Shown: positions 36,144 through 45,043 of the stretch, in pieces | How the letters are laid out: every line of letters begins with the position of its first letter | How positions within the stretch are numbered: the first letter of the stretch is position 1 | Assembly: GCA_029568545.1 (NCBI GenBank) | Contig: JAKQAH010000005.1 | Span: 1-45,718, forward strand | Length of the DNA stretch: 45,718 bases | Source of the DNA: Candidatus Omnitrophota bacterium | Lineage (GTDB): Bacteria > Omnitrophota > Gorgyraeia > Zapsychrales > Zapsychraceae | Reading direction: 5' to 3' | The notes under the pieces: model-generated | Database searches by the model: none | Told to the model about the DNA's origin: nothing | What the model saw: only the letters and a program-made list of their open reading frames with translations | Translations under genes and position numbers: made by a program

Positions 36144-38195
36144 TTATCTTTGGACAACACCCAGCTTTTTGATGAGCGTTGCGCAAACATTCTTGTGCAC
36201 CTCTGCGACCTCTTCGTCGCGCAGGGTTCTGGCGGCACGCGCGCCGTATGTCAGAGAAAAAACCATTCCCCGATAGCCTTGGGGAATTTTATCGCCTTCG
36301 TATTTCTCCACGAATTTGGTTTGCATTAATACAATATCTTTTTGCGCATTAATCGCCTGACGTATCTCCCGTTCAATATCGCGCGCCAAAACCGTTGGGG
36401 GGACCGCCAGGCTGATATCCCGGCTGATCGCCGGGAATTCCTGAACAGGAACATATTTACGGGGCGAGCTTTCTCGACGGAAGATCTCTTCCATGTCGAC
36501 CTGAGCAAATAAAACATTCTTTTGCTTAATATCCCATCGGTCGAGAATTCCGCTTTCGAGCTTGCCGGCAACTCCAGCCGTTTTCCCATTGATCAAAATG
36601 GCCGCGCTCTGTCCTTCTTCAAAAAAGTCTGTTTCGGCAGGTTGAAATTCGACCTTGCTGTTATCTATTTGTAGGCGGGCGAGCATCTGTTCCAGAACGC
36701 CCTTCAGATCATAAAAATCCGCTTCTTCTTTCTTCTCCAGGCGCCAATCATCCGTCCTTCGGCCCACGATCATAACTCCTACGGTTTCTTTTTCCCCGCC
36801 CATGCCATAAATCTTTCCTGTTTCAAAAACCCTAAAGTTTTTCTGGCCTTTGTTAACATTCGAAAGAGCTACGGACAAGAAGCCCGGCAACATCGACGGG
36901 CGCATCACCTCCTGGTCTTGCGTCAGCGGATTAATCAGGGCGACGGCAGGGAGCCTTTCCTGTCCGGACATCTCAAGGTTTTTGCGGCTGATCATCGTGT
37001 ACGTAATGATCTGATTGAACCCTTGCGCTAAAAAGAGCGTTTCTATTGTTTGTCTCGCCCGGCGGACCGGATCGGAAGAGATTGCCGAAACCTTGATTTG
37101 CGGGAAAGTCCCGGGCAAGCTGTCATATCCTGAAATCCGGGCGATTTCTTCGACAATATCTTCCGCGCCTTTAACATCGTTGCGGAAAGAGGGTGGCCGT
37201 ATTTTTAAAATATCTTTTTTACCGCGTGTAACGCCAAAATCCAGTTTTTTGAGAATATCCAGGCATTTCGCTGCCGTCAATGATGCGCCAATGCGCGCAT
37301 TAATCCAGCCTTGCGATACGACGATCGCTCTTCCGGGGCCTTTTTTACTTTTTGTCCGCATATCGGAACGCCCTATTATCTTCCCTTGGGCAGCCCGAAG
37401 AATCAGATCAATGGCCCGATCCGCCCCGGTTTGCACGGTGCCGTCATCCACCCCCCTCTCGAACCGATAAGAAGAGTCGCTGCTCAGTCCGAGCTTGCGG
37501 GATGCCCTCCGGATAATGATCGGATCAAAATAAGCGCTTTCCAGAAGAATGTTTTTCGTGCGCTCTGTAACTTCCGTATTCTTCCCTCCCATGACGCCTG
37601 CAATCGCAACCGGCTGTTTTGCATCTGCAATAATAAGGATCGACGGGTCGAGAGACCTTTCAACGCCGTCAATCGTCACGATCTTTTCTCCTTGTCTCGC
37701 CCGGCGAACAATAATTTTCCCGCCGCAGAGCTTGTCATAATCGAACGCGTGCATCGGCTGTCCGGTTTCCATCAAACAAAAATTTGTGACATCTACAACA
37801 TTATTGATGGGCCTCATGCCAATAGCGGTCAGTCTTTTCATCATGCCGGCTTCGGATCCTTGGATCTTCACGTCTTGAATCAAGGTTGCGATATAGCGAG
37901 AGCACGCTTGGGGGTCGGAAATTTCAATGTGACATCCCCGGCGCGGCCATGTGCGTTTTTTTATTTTTGGGAACGTTCGCGGAGCACCGAGAACAGCGGC
38001 TGTTTCGCGGGCCACGCCCAGCATGTTCAGGCAATCCGGACGGTTGGGGGTGATCTCCATCTCAAAGACGTCATCGTCTTTCGTCGACAGAATAGCCTCC
38101 ACCTCGTGTCCGGCCATGGTCAGCTCGCGGGCGAGGGCCGCCGGAGATATTTTGGTCGTTACATAATCTTTGAGCCAGTTGACGCTGATCTTCAT
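36144..38195 (-). CDS. pheT: phenylalanyl-tRNA synthetase beta subunit (short form lacking the N-terminal OB-fold tRNA-binding insert)
   Basis: 683 aa with MKISVNWLKDYV... and ...TPNRPDCLNMLGVARE. It has B3/4, B5 and FDX-ACB-like C-terminal regions and follows pheS. Confidence 0.93.
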   Translation of the reverse strand: MKISVNWLKDYVTTKISPAALARELTMAGHEVEAILSTKDDDVFEMEITPNRPDCLNMLGVARETAAVLGAPRTFPKIKKRTWPRRGCHIEISDPQACSRYIATLIQDVKIQGSEAGMMKRLTAIGMRPINNVVDVTNFCLMETGQPMHAFDYDKLCGGKIIVRRARQGEKIVTIDGVERSLDPSILIIADAKQPVAIAGVMGGKNTEVTERTKNILLESAYFDPIIIRRASRKLGLSSDSSYRFERGVDDGTVQTGADRAIDLILRAAQGKIIGRSDMRTKSKKGPGRAIVVSQGWINARIGASLTAAKCLDILKKLDFGVTRGKKDILKIRPPSFRNDVKGAEDIVEEIARISGYDSLPGTFPQIKVSAISSDPVRRARQTIETLFLAQGFNQIITYTMISRKNLEMSGQERLPAVALINPLTQDQEVMRPSMLPGFLSVALSNVNKGQKNFRVFETGKIYGMGGEKETVGVMIVGRRTDDWRLEKKEEADFYDLKGVLEQMLARLQIDNSKVEFQPAETDFFEEGQSAAILINGKTAGVAGKLESGILDRWDIKQKNVLFAQVDMEEIFRRESSPRKYVPVQEFPAISRDISLAVPPTVLARDIEREIRQAINAQKDIVLMQTKFVEKYEGDKIPQGYRGMVFSLTYGARAARTLRDEEVAEVHKNVCATLIKKLGVVQR

Positions 38196-38212
38196 TTTAT
38201 TTTAAGGGTCTT

Positions 38213-39250
38213 TTAGAACTGTTCGAGAAACCGCATGTCATTTTCAAAAAAGAGCCGGATATCCCGGATGCCGTGCTTGAGCATTGTCATGCGCTCAACC
38301 CCAAGGCCGAACGCCAACCCCGTATATTTCCCTTTAGGATATCCAACCGCTTCAAAAACTTTCGGGTGGACCATCCCGCAGCCCATGATCTCCAGCCATC
38401 CTTTTTTCCCGCACACAGAACACCCCTTGCCGTCGCAGATATAACACGAGATGTCAACTTCGGCGGAAGGCTCCGTGAATGGGAAGAAATGGGGACGCAA
38501 TCGCATTTTGATGTTTTCGCCAAACAGCTTTTTCAGAAAAACCTCCAAGAGCCCCTTCAAGTCGGAAAATCTGACATTTTCGTCGACCAACAACCCTTCT
38601 ATCTGATGGAACATAAAAGAATGGCTGGCGTCGACCGCATCCGGACGGTAAACTTTTCCGGGAACAACAACCGCCAAGGGCGGTTTGTGGGCTTGCATAA
38701 TCCGAATCTGCGCGGGTGATGTATGGCTGCGCAGCAAGAGATTTCCTTTTTCTCCGTCGGGATCCGGCCGCTTCAAATAAAACGTATCGAACCCATCTCG
38801 GGAAGGATGATCAGCGGGAATATTCAGCGCCGTAAAATTATTGAACTCTGTCTCAACCTCCGGCCCCTCTTGGACCGCAAAGCCCAGCCCTTCAAAGATG
38901 GCGCAAATCTCGTCAATCGTTTGCATTAAAATATGCTTGTGCCCAACGGGCGCGGACACGCCAGGAATGGTGACATCGATCGTCTCTTTTTTTTCCTGAC
39001 GCTTTTTATCGACAAGACTGTTTCTTTTGTCTTCGATCAGATGGAAGATGTGGCTGCGGAATTCGTTGATTTTTTTGCCCTCTTGGGGCTTGCGGTCATC
39101 GGGCAATCCTGCCAAGGCAGCGTACATCGCCGCGATCTTCCCTTTTTTGCCTAAATACTCGACACGGATCTCCTCGAGACCCTTGAGATCCGCTACCGCC
39201 GCAATCTTTTGTTGTCCTTCTTGCTGTTCGCTGTCGTAATCAAAGTTCAT
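38213..39250 (-). CDS. pheS: phenylalanyl-tRNA synthetase alpha subunit
   Basis: VEYLGKKGKI plus class II motifs (FRPDAVD-like, GFAFGLGVERM). I chose the ATG at 39250 because the track start at 39286 is TTG inside the upstream terminator stem. Confidence 0.93.
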   Translation of the reverse strand: MNFDYDSEQQEGQQKIAAVADLKGLEEIRVEYLGKKGKIAAMYAALAGLPDDRKPQEGKKINEFRSHIFHLIEDKRNSLVDKKRQEKKETIDVTIPGVSAPVGHKHILMQTIDEICAIFEGLGFAVQEGPEVETEFNNFTALNIPADHPSRDGFDTFYLKRPDPDGEKGNLLLRSHTSPAQIRIMQAHKPPLAVVVPGKVYRPDAVDASHSFMFHQIEGLLVDENVRFSDLKGLLEVFLKKLFGENIKMRLRPHFFPFTEPSAEVDISCYICDGKGCSVCGKKGWLEIMGCGMVHPKVFEAVGYPKGKYTGLAFGLGVERMTMLKHGIRDIRLFFENDMRFLEQF

Positions 39251-39278
39251 ATATCTTTCCCAGATCCGGAGCTTTGAC

Positions 39279-39326
39279 AAAAACAAGAGAGGCGCTCTTT
39301 CCGCGAACAGAAAGCGGCCTCTCTTG
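39279..39326 (-). terminator. intrinsic terminator between rplT and pheS
   Basis: CAAGAGAGGC-[inner CGCUUUC...GAAAG(A)GCG helix]-GCCUCUCUUG followed by UUUUUG. The U-tract ends 28 nt before the pheS ATG. Confidence 0.8.
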
Positions 39327-39335
39327 GCTTCGTTT

Positions 39336-39737
39336 CTATGCGCTTGCAGTTTTTGTCTTTTTTTCTTTCTTGGCAGATTTCCCGGAAGAGGCGTCTTGGG
39401 AAACCTTCACAAGCTTTTTGAATGCCGACGGCGAGCTGATAGCAAGATCAGCAAGCGCTTTTCGATCAAGACCGACATTCGCGCGCTTAAGGCCGCTCAT
39501 AAACTGGCTGTAGGTCACTCCCTCTTCTCGACAAGCCGCATTGATCCGAACGATCCAAAGCGCCCTGAAATCCCTCTTTTTAACCTTGCGATCGCGATAA
39601 GAATAGGCCATGCCTTTGACGACGGACCGCTTTGCCTGTTGATAGCGCGAATGCCGATGGCCAAACTGCCCTTTGGCCTTTTTCAGGACGCGCTTTTTTC
39701 TTCTTTTTGACGCAAGAACGCTTCGTACTCTAACCAT
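39336..39737 (-). CDS. rplT: 50S ribosomal protein L20 (with Lys-rich C-terminal tail)
   Basis: RVLKKAKGQFGHRHSRYQQAK...RDRKVKKRDFRALWIVRINAA. Confidence 0.95.
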   Translation of the reverse strand: MVRVRSVLASKRRKKRVLKKAKGQFGHRHSRYQQAKRSVVKGMAYSYRDRKVKKRDFRALWIVRINAACREEGVTYSQFMSGLKRANVGLDRKALADLAISSPSAFKKLVKVSQDASSGKSAKKEKKTKTASA

Positions 39738-39927
39738 ACGGCAACATCCTCCTTATCTGCTTTGCGTCGGTGCTTGCGACATAGGTGCTCCGGCGCAAAT
39801 TACGCTTCGCTTTTCTCGACATTTTTCCTAAAATATGCCCTCTGCGCGCGCTGCGTTTTTTTAGTTTCCCTGTTTTCGTCACCTTAAAACGTTTGGCGGC
39901 GGATTTGTTGGTTTTTAGTTTCGGCAT
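39730..39927 (-). CDS. rpmI: 50S ribosomal protein L35
   Basis: MPKLKTNKSAAKRFKVTKTGKLKKR. It overlaps the rplT start by 8 nt. Confidence 0.95.
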   Translation of the reverse strand: MPKLKTNKSAAKRFKVTKTGKLKKRSARRGHILGKMSRKAKRNLRRSTYVASTDAKQIRRMLPYG

Positions 39928-40003
39928 TTTCTCCCTTTCTCAATAAAACGTCTTCCCTTGCCGTTAAGGCTCTTCTTAACGTCTGGTTTTTATAAAATGG
40001 TCC

Positions 40004-40522
40004 CTACATTTTGCTCCCGATCGGATTGATCATCACGAACATGACGCGCCCTTCCATCATGGGAGACTTCTCCGGCTGCCCGTGTTTGGCCGTGTCCGCA
40101 ATCATTCTGTCCAGCACGCCTCTGCCCAGCTCTTTATGAGCCATTTCCCTCCCGCGGAAAAACATATTAACCCTGACTTTGTCTTTCTTTTCCAAAAATC
40201 CAATGACCTGTTTGAGCTTGATTTGATAATCGCCGCTTCCGATATTCGGGTTCATCCGTATCTGCTTGAGATGGGTCACGTGCTGATTCTTTTTGACGCG
40301 CCGTTCCTTTTTCTCCTGATCATATTTGTACTTGCTGTAATCCATGATGCGGCAGACCGGCGGTTTTGCCGTCGGAGCGATTTCGACAAGATCCAGCTCG
40401 TTTTCTTGGGCTAGGCTTAGTGCGCGGCTGATGCCGACGACCCCCAATTGCTCGGAGTTCGGGCCGATCACCCTGACTTCTGAAGCCCTGATGCGTTCGT
40501 TCACTCGAATAAATTTTGAAAT
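40004..40522 (-). CDS. infC: translation initiation factor IF-3, probable AUU start
   Basis: IRASEVRVIGPNSEQLGVV core. In-frame ATT at 40522 lies 5 nt after AGGAGGTG and gives (M)ISKFIRVNERIRA... The track start at 40504 is GTG without an SD. Confidence 0.9.
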   Translation of the reverse strand: MSKFIRVNERIRASEVRVIGPNSEQLGVVGISRALSLAQENELDLVEIAPTAKPPVCRIMDYSKYKYDQEKKERRVKKNQHVTHLKQIRMNPNIGSGDYQIKLKQVIGFLEKKDKVRVNMFFRGREMAHKELGRGVLDRMIADTAKHGQPEKSPMMEGRVMFVMINPIGSKM

Positions 40523-40537
40523 AGCAGCACCTCCTGT

Positions 40538-42271
40538 TTAATGTTTTTTTGTTCTGACCTCTTCGCAAGCCCTATCTGCAAAAGATCCCACGGAACATGC
40601 CCCTTGGTCGCCTTCGGCATATTTACGAATGGCGACCGTGCTGTCCTTAACTTCCTTATCGCCGATCACCAGCAAGTAAGGGATCTTTTTAACCGTACCT
40701 TCCCGAATCCTTTTGTTAAGGCTTTCATTTCTGTCATCAATCGTTACGCGTAGGCCTAGTTCTTGCAGCTGCTCTTTGACCGCGGCAGCATATCCGCCGT
40801 GTTCTGGGGCGATCGGAATAATGGCGGCCTGTACCGGCGCAAGCCAAACAGGAAATGCCCCGGCATAATGCTCGATCAATGTTCCGATAAACCGCTCGAC
40901 AGATCCTAAAATCGCCCGATGAATCATGATCGGCTGGGTCGTTTTTCCTTCGTCGTTGATGTATTCCATCTCAAATCGCTGGGGCAGGGCAAAATCACAT
41001 TGGATGGTCGCGCATTGCCATTCGCGATTCAATGCATCTTTCAGCTTCACATCGATCTTCGGCCCATAAAAAGCTCCGTCGCCTTCATTGATCTGATAGG
41101 CCAGGCCTTTTTCTTTCAGAGCCGCTTCGAGAGCCTTCGTCGCTGTCTCCCAGTTCTCAAGCGTGCCGATATAGTTCTCGGGCCGCGTGCTCAGTTCGAT
41201 ATTAACGTTGTTGAACCCGAAATCTTTCATGACATCAAACGTAAAATCGATCACGCTCATGACCTCTTGCTTCACCTGATCTTCTCTGCAGAAAATGTGC
41301 GCATCATCCTGCGTAAATCCCCGCACGCGCAAAAGGCCGTGCATGACGCCCGCTTTCTCCTTACGATAAACATTGCCCAATTCGAAAAACCGAACAGGCA
41401 TATCGCGGTAAGAACGTGTTTTGGATTTATAGATCAAGATATGCCCCGGGCAATTCATCGGCTTTACCGCATATTCCTCGTCGTCAACCTTAAAGTAAAA
41501 CATATTTTCCCGATAATGCCCCGAATGCCCGCTGATCTCCCACAATTTTCCTTTTAAAATATGCGGCGTTTGGACAAGCTGGTATCCCCGCTTGACGTTT
41601 TGCTCGACGACATATTCCTCGATCATCCGCCGGAGAATCGCTCCCGCGGGATGATAAAACACCAGCCCCGGGCCGGCCGTATCCTGATAAAAATTAAACA
41701 GGTCCAGTTGGGGGCCTAATTTGCGGTGGTCCCTTTTTTTCGCTTCTTCCAAAACTTTCAAGAACCCGTCGAGCTCTTTTTTATCAAAGAACGCCGTGCC
41801 GTAAATGCGCTGCAGCTGCGTTTTCTTCTCATCGCCGCGCCAATAGGCTCCAGCAACGCTCAACAATTTAAATGCCGTGATTTTGCCGGCGCTCTCGATA
41901 TGCGGCCCCTTACACAAGTCAAGCCATTCATTGCCCGTACGGCAAATCGAAACTTCGTCCTCTTTAAGATCCTCGATCAGCTCGATCTTATACGTCTCTC
42001 CCATTTTTCTGAACATCTCGATCGCGTCGCAGCTCTTCATACGAGACATGGTAAATGAAGGGTTCCGTTTGATAATCTCCTTCATCTTTTTTTCGATGGC
42101 CAGAAGATCCTCGTCGGTAAAAGATTCTTTCTTGTCGAAATCATAATAAAAGCCGTCTTCGATGGCGGGGCCGATGGTAACTTTTACCTCGGGCCAAAGC
42201 TCCTTGACAGCTTGCGCCATGATATGCGAACAGCTGTGCCTCAATTTGTCTAAATCAGTTTTATATTCCAT
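40538..42271 (-). CDS. thrS: threonyl-tRNA synthetase (short form without N-terminal TGS domain)
   Basis: 577 aa beginning at the editing/second-additional-domain motif LRHSCSHIMAQAV. It has a class II core and an anticodon-binding domain. Confidence 0.95.
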   Translation of the reverse strand: MEYKTDLDKLRHSCSHIMAQAVKELWPEVKVTIGPAIEDGFYYDFDKKESFTDEDLLAIEKKMKEIIKRNPSFTMSRMKSCDAIEMFRKMGETYKIELIEDLKEDEVSICRTGNEWLDLCKGPHIESAGKITAFKLLSVAGAYWRGDEKKTQLQRIYGTAFFDKKELDGFLKVLEEAKKRDHRKLGPQLDLFNFYQDTAGPGLVFYHPAGAILRRMIEEYVVEQNVKRGYQLVQTPHILKGKLWEISGHSGHYRENMFYFKVDDEEYAVKPMNCPGHILIYKSKTRSYRDMPVRFFELGNVYRKEKAGVMHGLLRVRGFTQDDAHIFCREDQVKQEVMSVIDFTFDVMKDFGFNNVNIELSTRPENYIGTLENWETATKALEAALKEKGLAYQINEGDGAFYGPKIDVKLKDALNREWQCATIQCDFALPQRFEMEYINDEGKTTQPIMIHRAILGSVERFIGTLIEHYAGAFPVWLAPVQAAIIPIAPEHGGYAAAVKEQLQELGLRVTIDDRNESLNKRIREGTVKKIPYLLVIGDKEVKDSTVAIRKYAEGDQGACSVGSFADRACEEVRTKKH

Positions 42272-42281
42272 TTTCTATAAG

Positions 42282-42358
42282 TGGTGGGGCCAACAAGGCT
42301 CGAACTTGTGACCTCTTCCATGTCAAGGAAGCACTCTAACCAACTGAGCTATGGCCCC
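42282..42358 (-). tRNA. tRNA-Val (anticodon GAC), CCA encoded
   Basis: GGGGCCA/UGGCCCC acceptor, anticodon arm CUUCC-UUGACAU-GGAAG, T loop GUUCGAGCC. 77 nt. Confidence 0.92.
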
Positions 42359-42378
42359 ACATATTAAATTTCATCCCA

Positions 42379-42461
42379 TGGGCAAGGTGGGAATCGAACC
42401 CACACAGCCTTTCGGCCACAGGATTTTAAGTCCTGCGTGTATGCAATTCCACCACTTGCCC
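42379..42461 (-). tRNA. tRNA-Leu (anticodon UAA), long variable arm
   Basis: GGGCAAG/CUUGCCC acceptor, anticodon arm CAGGA-CUUAAAA-UCCUG, variable arm GGCCGAAAGGCU. 83 nt, CCA not encoded. Confidence 0.9.
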
Positions 42462-42472
42462 AAATTTATTAA

Positions 42473-42544
<72 letters not shown>

Positions 42545-42551
42545 GTAATAT

Positions 42552-43097
42552 TTATTTTAAAATCTGTAAAACTGCCTTTACAATCGTCGTTTCGTCGGCA
42601 ATATGCCCTTGGCCCGTCGTTCCGCAGGCAAGCTTTCCCTCGATGGGCTCAATAAATCGAGCTCCGTTCTTTTTTAGCTTCTGGCAATTTTCTTGAACAA
42701 TCGGATTCCTGTACATTTGCGTATTCATCGCAGGAACAATGATCTTCGGGGCCTCCGTCGCAAGAGCAACGCAGGTGAGCAGATCGTCCGCGATCCCGTG
42801 AGCAAGTTTCCCAATCGTATTAGCCGTCGCCGGAGCGATCAACAGCAGGTCGGCTTCTCGGGCCAAATCGATATGCGGCATTCCGGCAGGAACGCAGGAA
42901 GGAGGGAACATCTCGCAAAAAACCGTTTCCCCTGACAGGCTGGCTAACGTCAACGGCGTTATAAAATATTCCGCCTCTTTTGTCATCACCACCGAAACAC
43001 GCATTCCGTGCTCGATCAACCGTCTTATGATCTCTGCCGCTTTATAAGCGGCGATGCTTCCCGTAACACCTAAAATGACCCGTTTCTTTTTCGCCAC
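42552..43097 (-). CDS. coaC: phosphopantothenoylcysteine decarboxylase flavoprotein (stand-alone CoaC half)
   Basis: ILGVTGSIAAYKAAEIIRRL...FITPLTL...PAMN motifs in 181 aa, with no CoaB domain attached. GTG start. Confidence 0.8.
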   Translation of the reverse strand: MAKKKRVILGVTGSIAAYKAAEIIRRLIEHGMRVSVVMTKEAEYFITPLTLASLSGETVFCEMFPPSCVPAGMPHIDLAREADLLLIAPATANTIGKLAHGIADDLLTCVALATEAPKIIVPAMNTQMYRNPIVQENCQKLKKNGARFIEPIEGKLACGTTGQGHIADETTIVKAVLQILK

Positions 43098-43113
43098 AAC
43101 TCTTGCTCTTTTC

Positions 43114-43371
43114 TTAGGCCGCTAATTTTTCTTCTTTGGGCTCTTCTTCTTTTTCTTTCGCGGCTCCCTTCTCCGTCGAGTCTTTAAGCTCTACCTTGCC
43201 TTGTAAAATCTCCTGAAGAGCCATGGTTGTGAATTTCTCTGTGTTAATATTCTCGGCCAGGCACCGCCGCCCTTCCGAAAGCTCTAGGGCGCGAGCTGAA
43301 GCCATGCTGACAAGCTTATAGATACTGTACTTCGCCCTGGGCAACAACTGTTCAATGGGTAAATCTGACAT
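43114..43371 (-). CDS. rpoZ: RNA polymerase omega subunit
   Basis: SIYKLVSMASARALELSEG core. The ATG at 43371 has GGAGGG 10 nt upstream. The track start at 43401 is TTG. Confidence 0.85.
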   Translation of the reverse strand: MSDLPIEQLLPRAKYSIYKLVSMASARALELSEGRRCLAENINTEKFTTMALQEILQGKVELKDSTEKGAAKEKEEEPKEEKLAA

Positions 43372-43546
43372 TTTTACACATCCCTCCGGATCATTGGCCA
43401 ATTTTTTTACGAAAATCCCATCCTATACACTATAAGAATAGGGATAATATATATCATATGCCGTATATAATGTCAAAAAGAATTATTCTCCTTTCCTTAA
43501 CGAATCCCATGCCTCATCTTTCTCTAACCCTAGATTTTATGAGAAC

Positions 43547-44167
43547 TTACAGCCGTCTTGCATTCTTCCGCCGTTTGAGAGGCTCCTTCCGCGGCGTTTT
43601 GCTTATTTCCGTAAAGACTATGGCTTCTAATTTTTTATAGGCATTCCTTAAAAGATCGTTAACAATGACGTGCTCATATGTTTTTGCCGCTTTCAGCTCT
43701 TCCCGGGCCGTTTTTAATCTTTCTTGAAGCGTCTTTTTCTCTTCAGAGCCCCGCGCCTTAAGACGCTGAGCAAGGGTTTTCAGGGATGGTGTTTTTATAA
43801 AAATGGTTACCGCCTCAGGGAACTTTCTACGAACAGTTTTAGCCCCTTTCACGTCAATGCACAACAAAACATTTTTCCCGGATCGCAAAAGCTCTCGAAC
43901 GCTTTTTTGAGGGGTTCCGTAATAGTTCCCAAAAACATTCTCGGATTCGAGAAAATGGCCAGAGCGTTTTTTGTGTAAAAACATCTTCGGGCTGACAAAG
44001 AAATAGTCGCCCCCGTGCTTTTCTCCCGGGCGCCGGGCTCTTGTCGTAAAAGAGATTGTTTTAACGAGGGTATTCTTGGCCTTGCGGCTTGCGAGAAGTT
44101 CCTTGTGAAGCGTGGTCTTGCCGGATCCCGACGGCCCCGAAAGAATAATGACCTTTCCCTTCTTCAT
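43547..44167 (-). CDS. gmk: guanylate kinase
   Basis: VIILSGPSGSGKTTL P-loop and the TTRARRPGE motif. Confidence 0.93.
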   Translation of the reverse strand: MKKGKVIILSGPSGSGKTTLHKELLASRKAKNTLVKTISFTTRARRPGEKHGGDYFFVSPKMFLHKKRSGHFLESENVFGNYYGTPQKSVRELLRSGKNVLLCIDVKGAKTVRRKFPEAVTIFIKTPSLKTLAQRLKARGSEEKKTLQERLKTAREELKAAKTYEHVIVNDLLRNAYKKLEAIVFTEISKTPRKEPLKRRKNARRL

Positions 44168-44185
44168 CGACGGCAGCCTAAATGA

Positions 44186-45007
44186 TTATTCAATGTTTTG
44201 CGATTGTTCACGGATCTTCTCGATCTTGCTTTTGAGCGAAATGACGGCATTGGACACAACCTTGTCCTGCAGTTTAGATCCAATCGTGTTTGTTTCTCTG
44301 AGCATCTCTTGCGCGATAAAATCAATCTTTTTCCCGACCGATGTCCCGTTTTTTAAAAGGGGCCTGATCTCGTCAATATAATGCAAAAGCCTTGTCACTT
44401 CCTCGTTCACATCCGCCCCTCGCTGAAAAGACCGAAATTCTTCGTTAGTCAATTCTGATTTCTTTTCACTAAGAATCGCCTGGGCTTTCTTCTGTATCTT
44501 CTTTATTTGCAAGGACATGCTTTTCAGCTTATCCAGAACATCTTTCGCTAGGCTGCGCCCTTCGCTCATGCGCATCAAAAGAAGACTTTTAATCGCTTTT
44601 TCGAATCCTTTGGAAAGGACAGGCCAGAGGGCTTCGGGACTTAGGTGCGTTTCCTTGATCTCCAAAACTCCAGGCAGCCGCACCAGATCGGAGAGCGAAA
44701 GGTCCCCTTTAATGCCGAATTCTTTTTTCAGCCGGGCCGCGTTGCGCAGATGTATCTGCGCAATGTTCCTGTTCAGCGTTGCCTCCTGGGTCTGCTTTTC
44801 AATGATCTTCAGCGAAACCGTCACCCGTCCGCGCTGGATCTCCTTTTGGATCATCTGGCGTATTTTGCTTTCCAAAGAGCCGAACCCGGGCGGCAAAAAA
44901 TAATTAACATCCAGATATCTCTGGTTAACGCTCTTGACCTCGATGATCGCCTTGATCTTTCCCGACGACAACTGCGCCTGCCCGAACCCCGTCATTCCTT
45001 TGATCAT
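44186..45007 (-). CDS. yicC: YicC-family stress-induced protein (TIGR00255)
   Basis: MIKGMTGFGQA N-terminus, 273 aa, with the conserved yicC-gmk-rpoZ neighbourhood. Confidence 0.85.
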   Translation of the reverse strand: MIKGMTGFGQAQLSSGKIKAIIEVKSVNQRYLDVNYFLPPGFGSLESKIRQMIQKEIQRGRVTVSLKIIEKQTQEATLNRNIAQIHLRNAARLKKEFGIKGDLSLSDLVRLPGVLEIKETHLSPEALWPVLSKGFEKAIKSLLLMRMSEGRSLAKDVLDKLKSMSLQIKKIQKKAQAILSEKKSELTNEEFRSFQRGADVNEEVTRLLHYIDEIRPLLKNGTSVGKKIDFIAQEMLRETNTIGSKLQDKVVSNAVISLKSKIEKIREQSQNIE

Positions 45008-45043
45008 AAGAATTCCTTCTTTGTTCGCATTTTATGCGGACGA

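Noticed and set aside
42272-42281. T-box or operator leader for thrS, and likewise for pheS at 39251..39335.
   Set aside because: The spacers (10 nt and 85 nt) are far too short for a T-box of about 200 nt, and no specifier or T-box sequence is visible.
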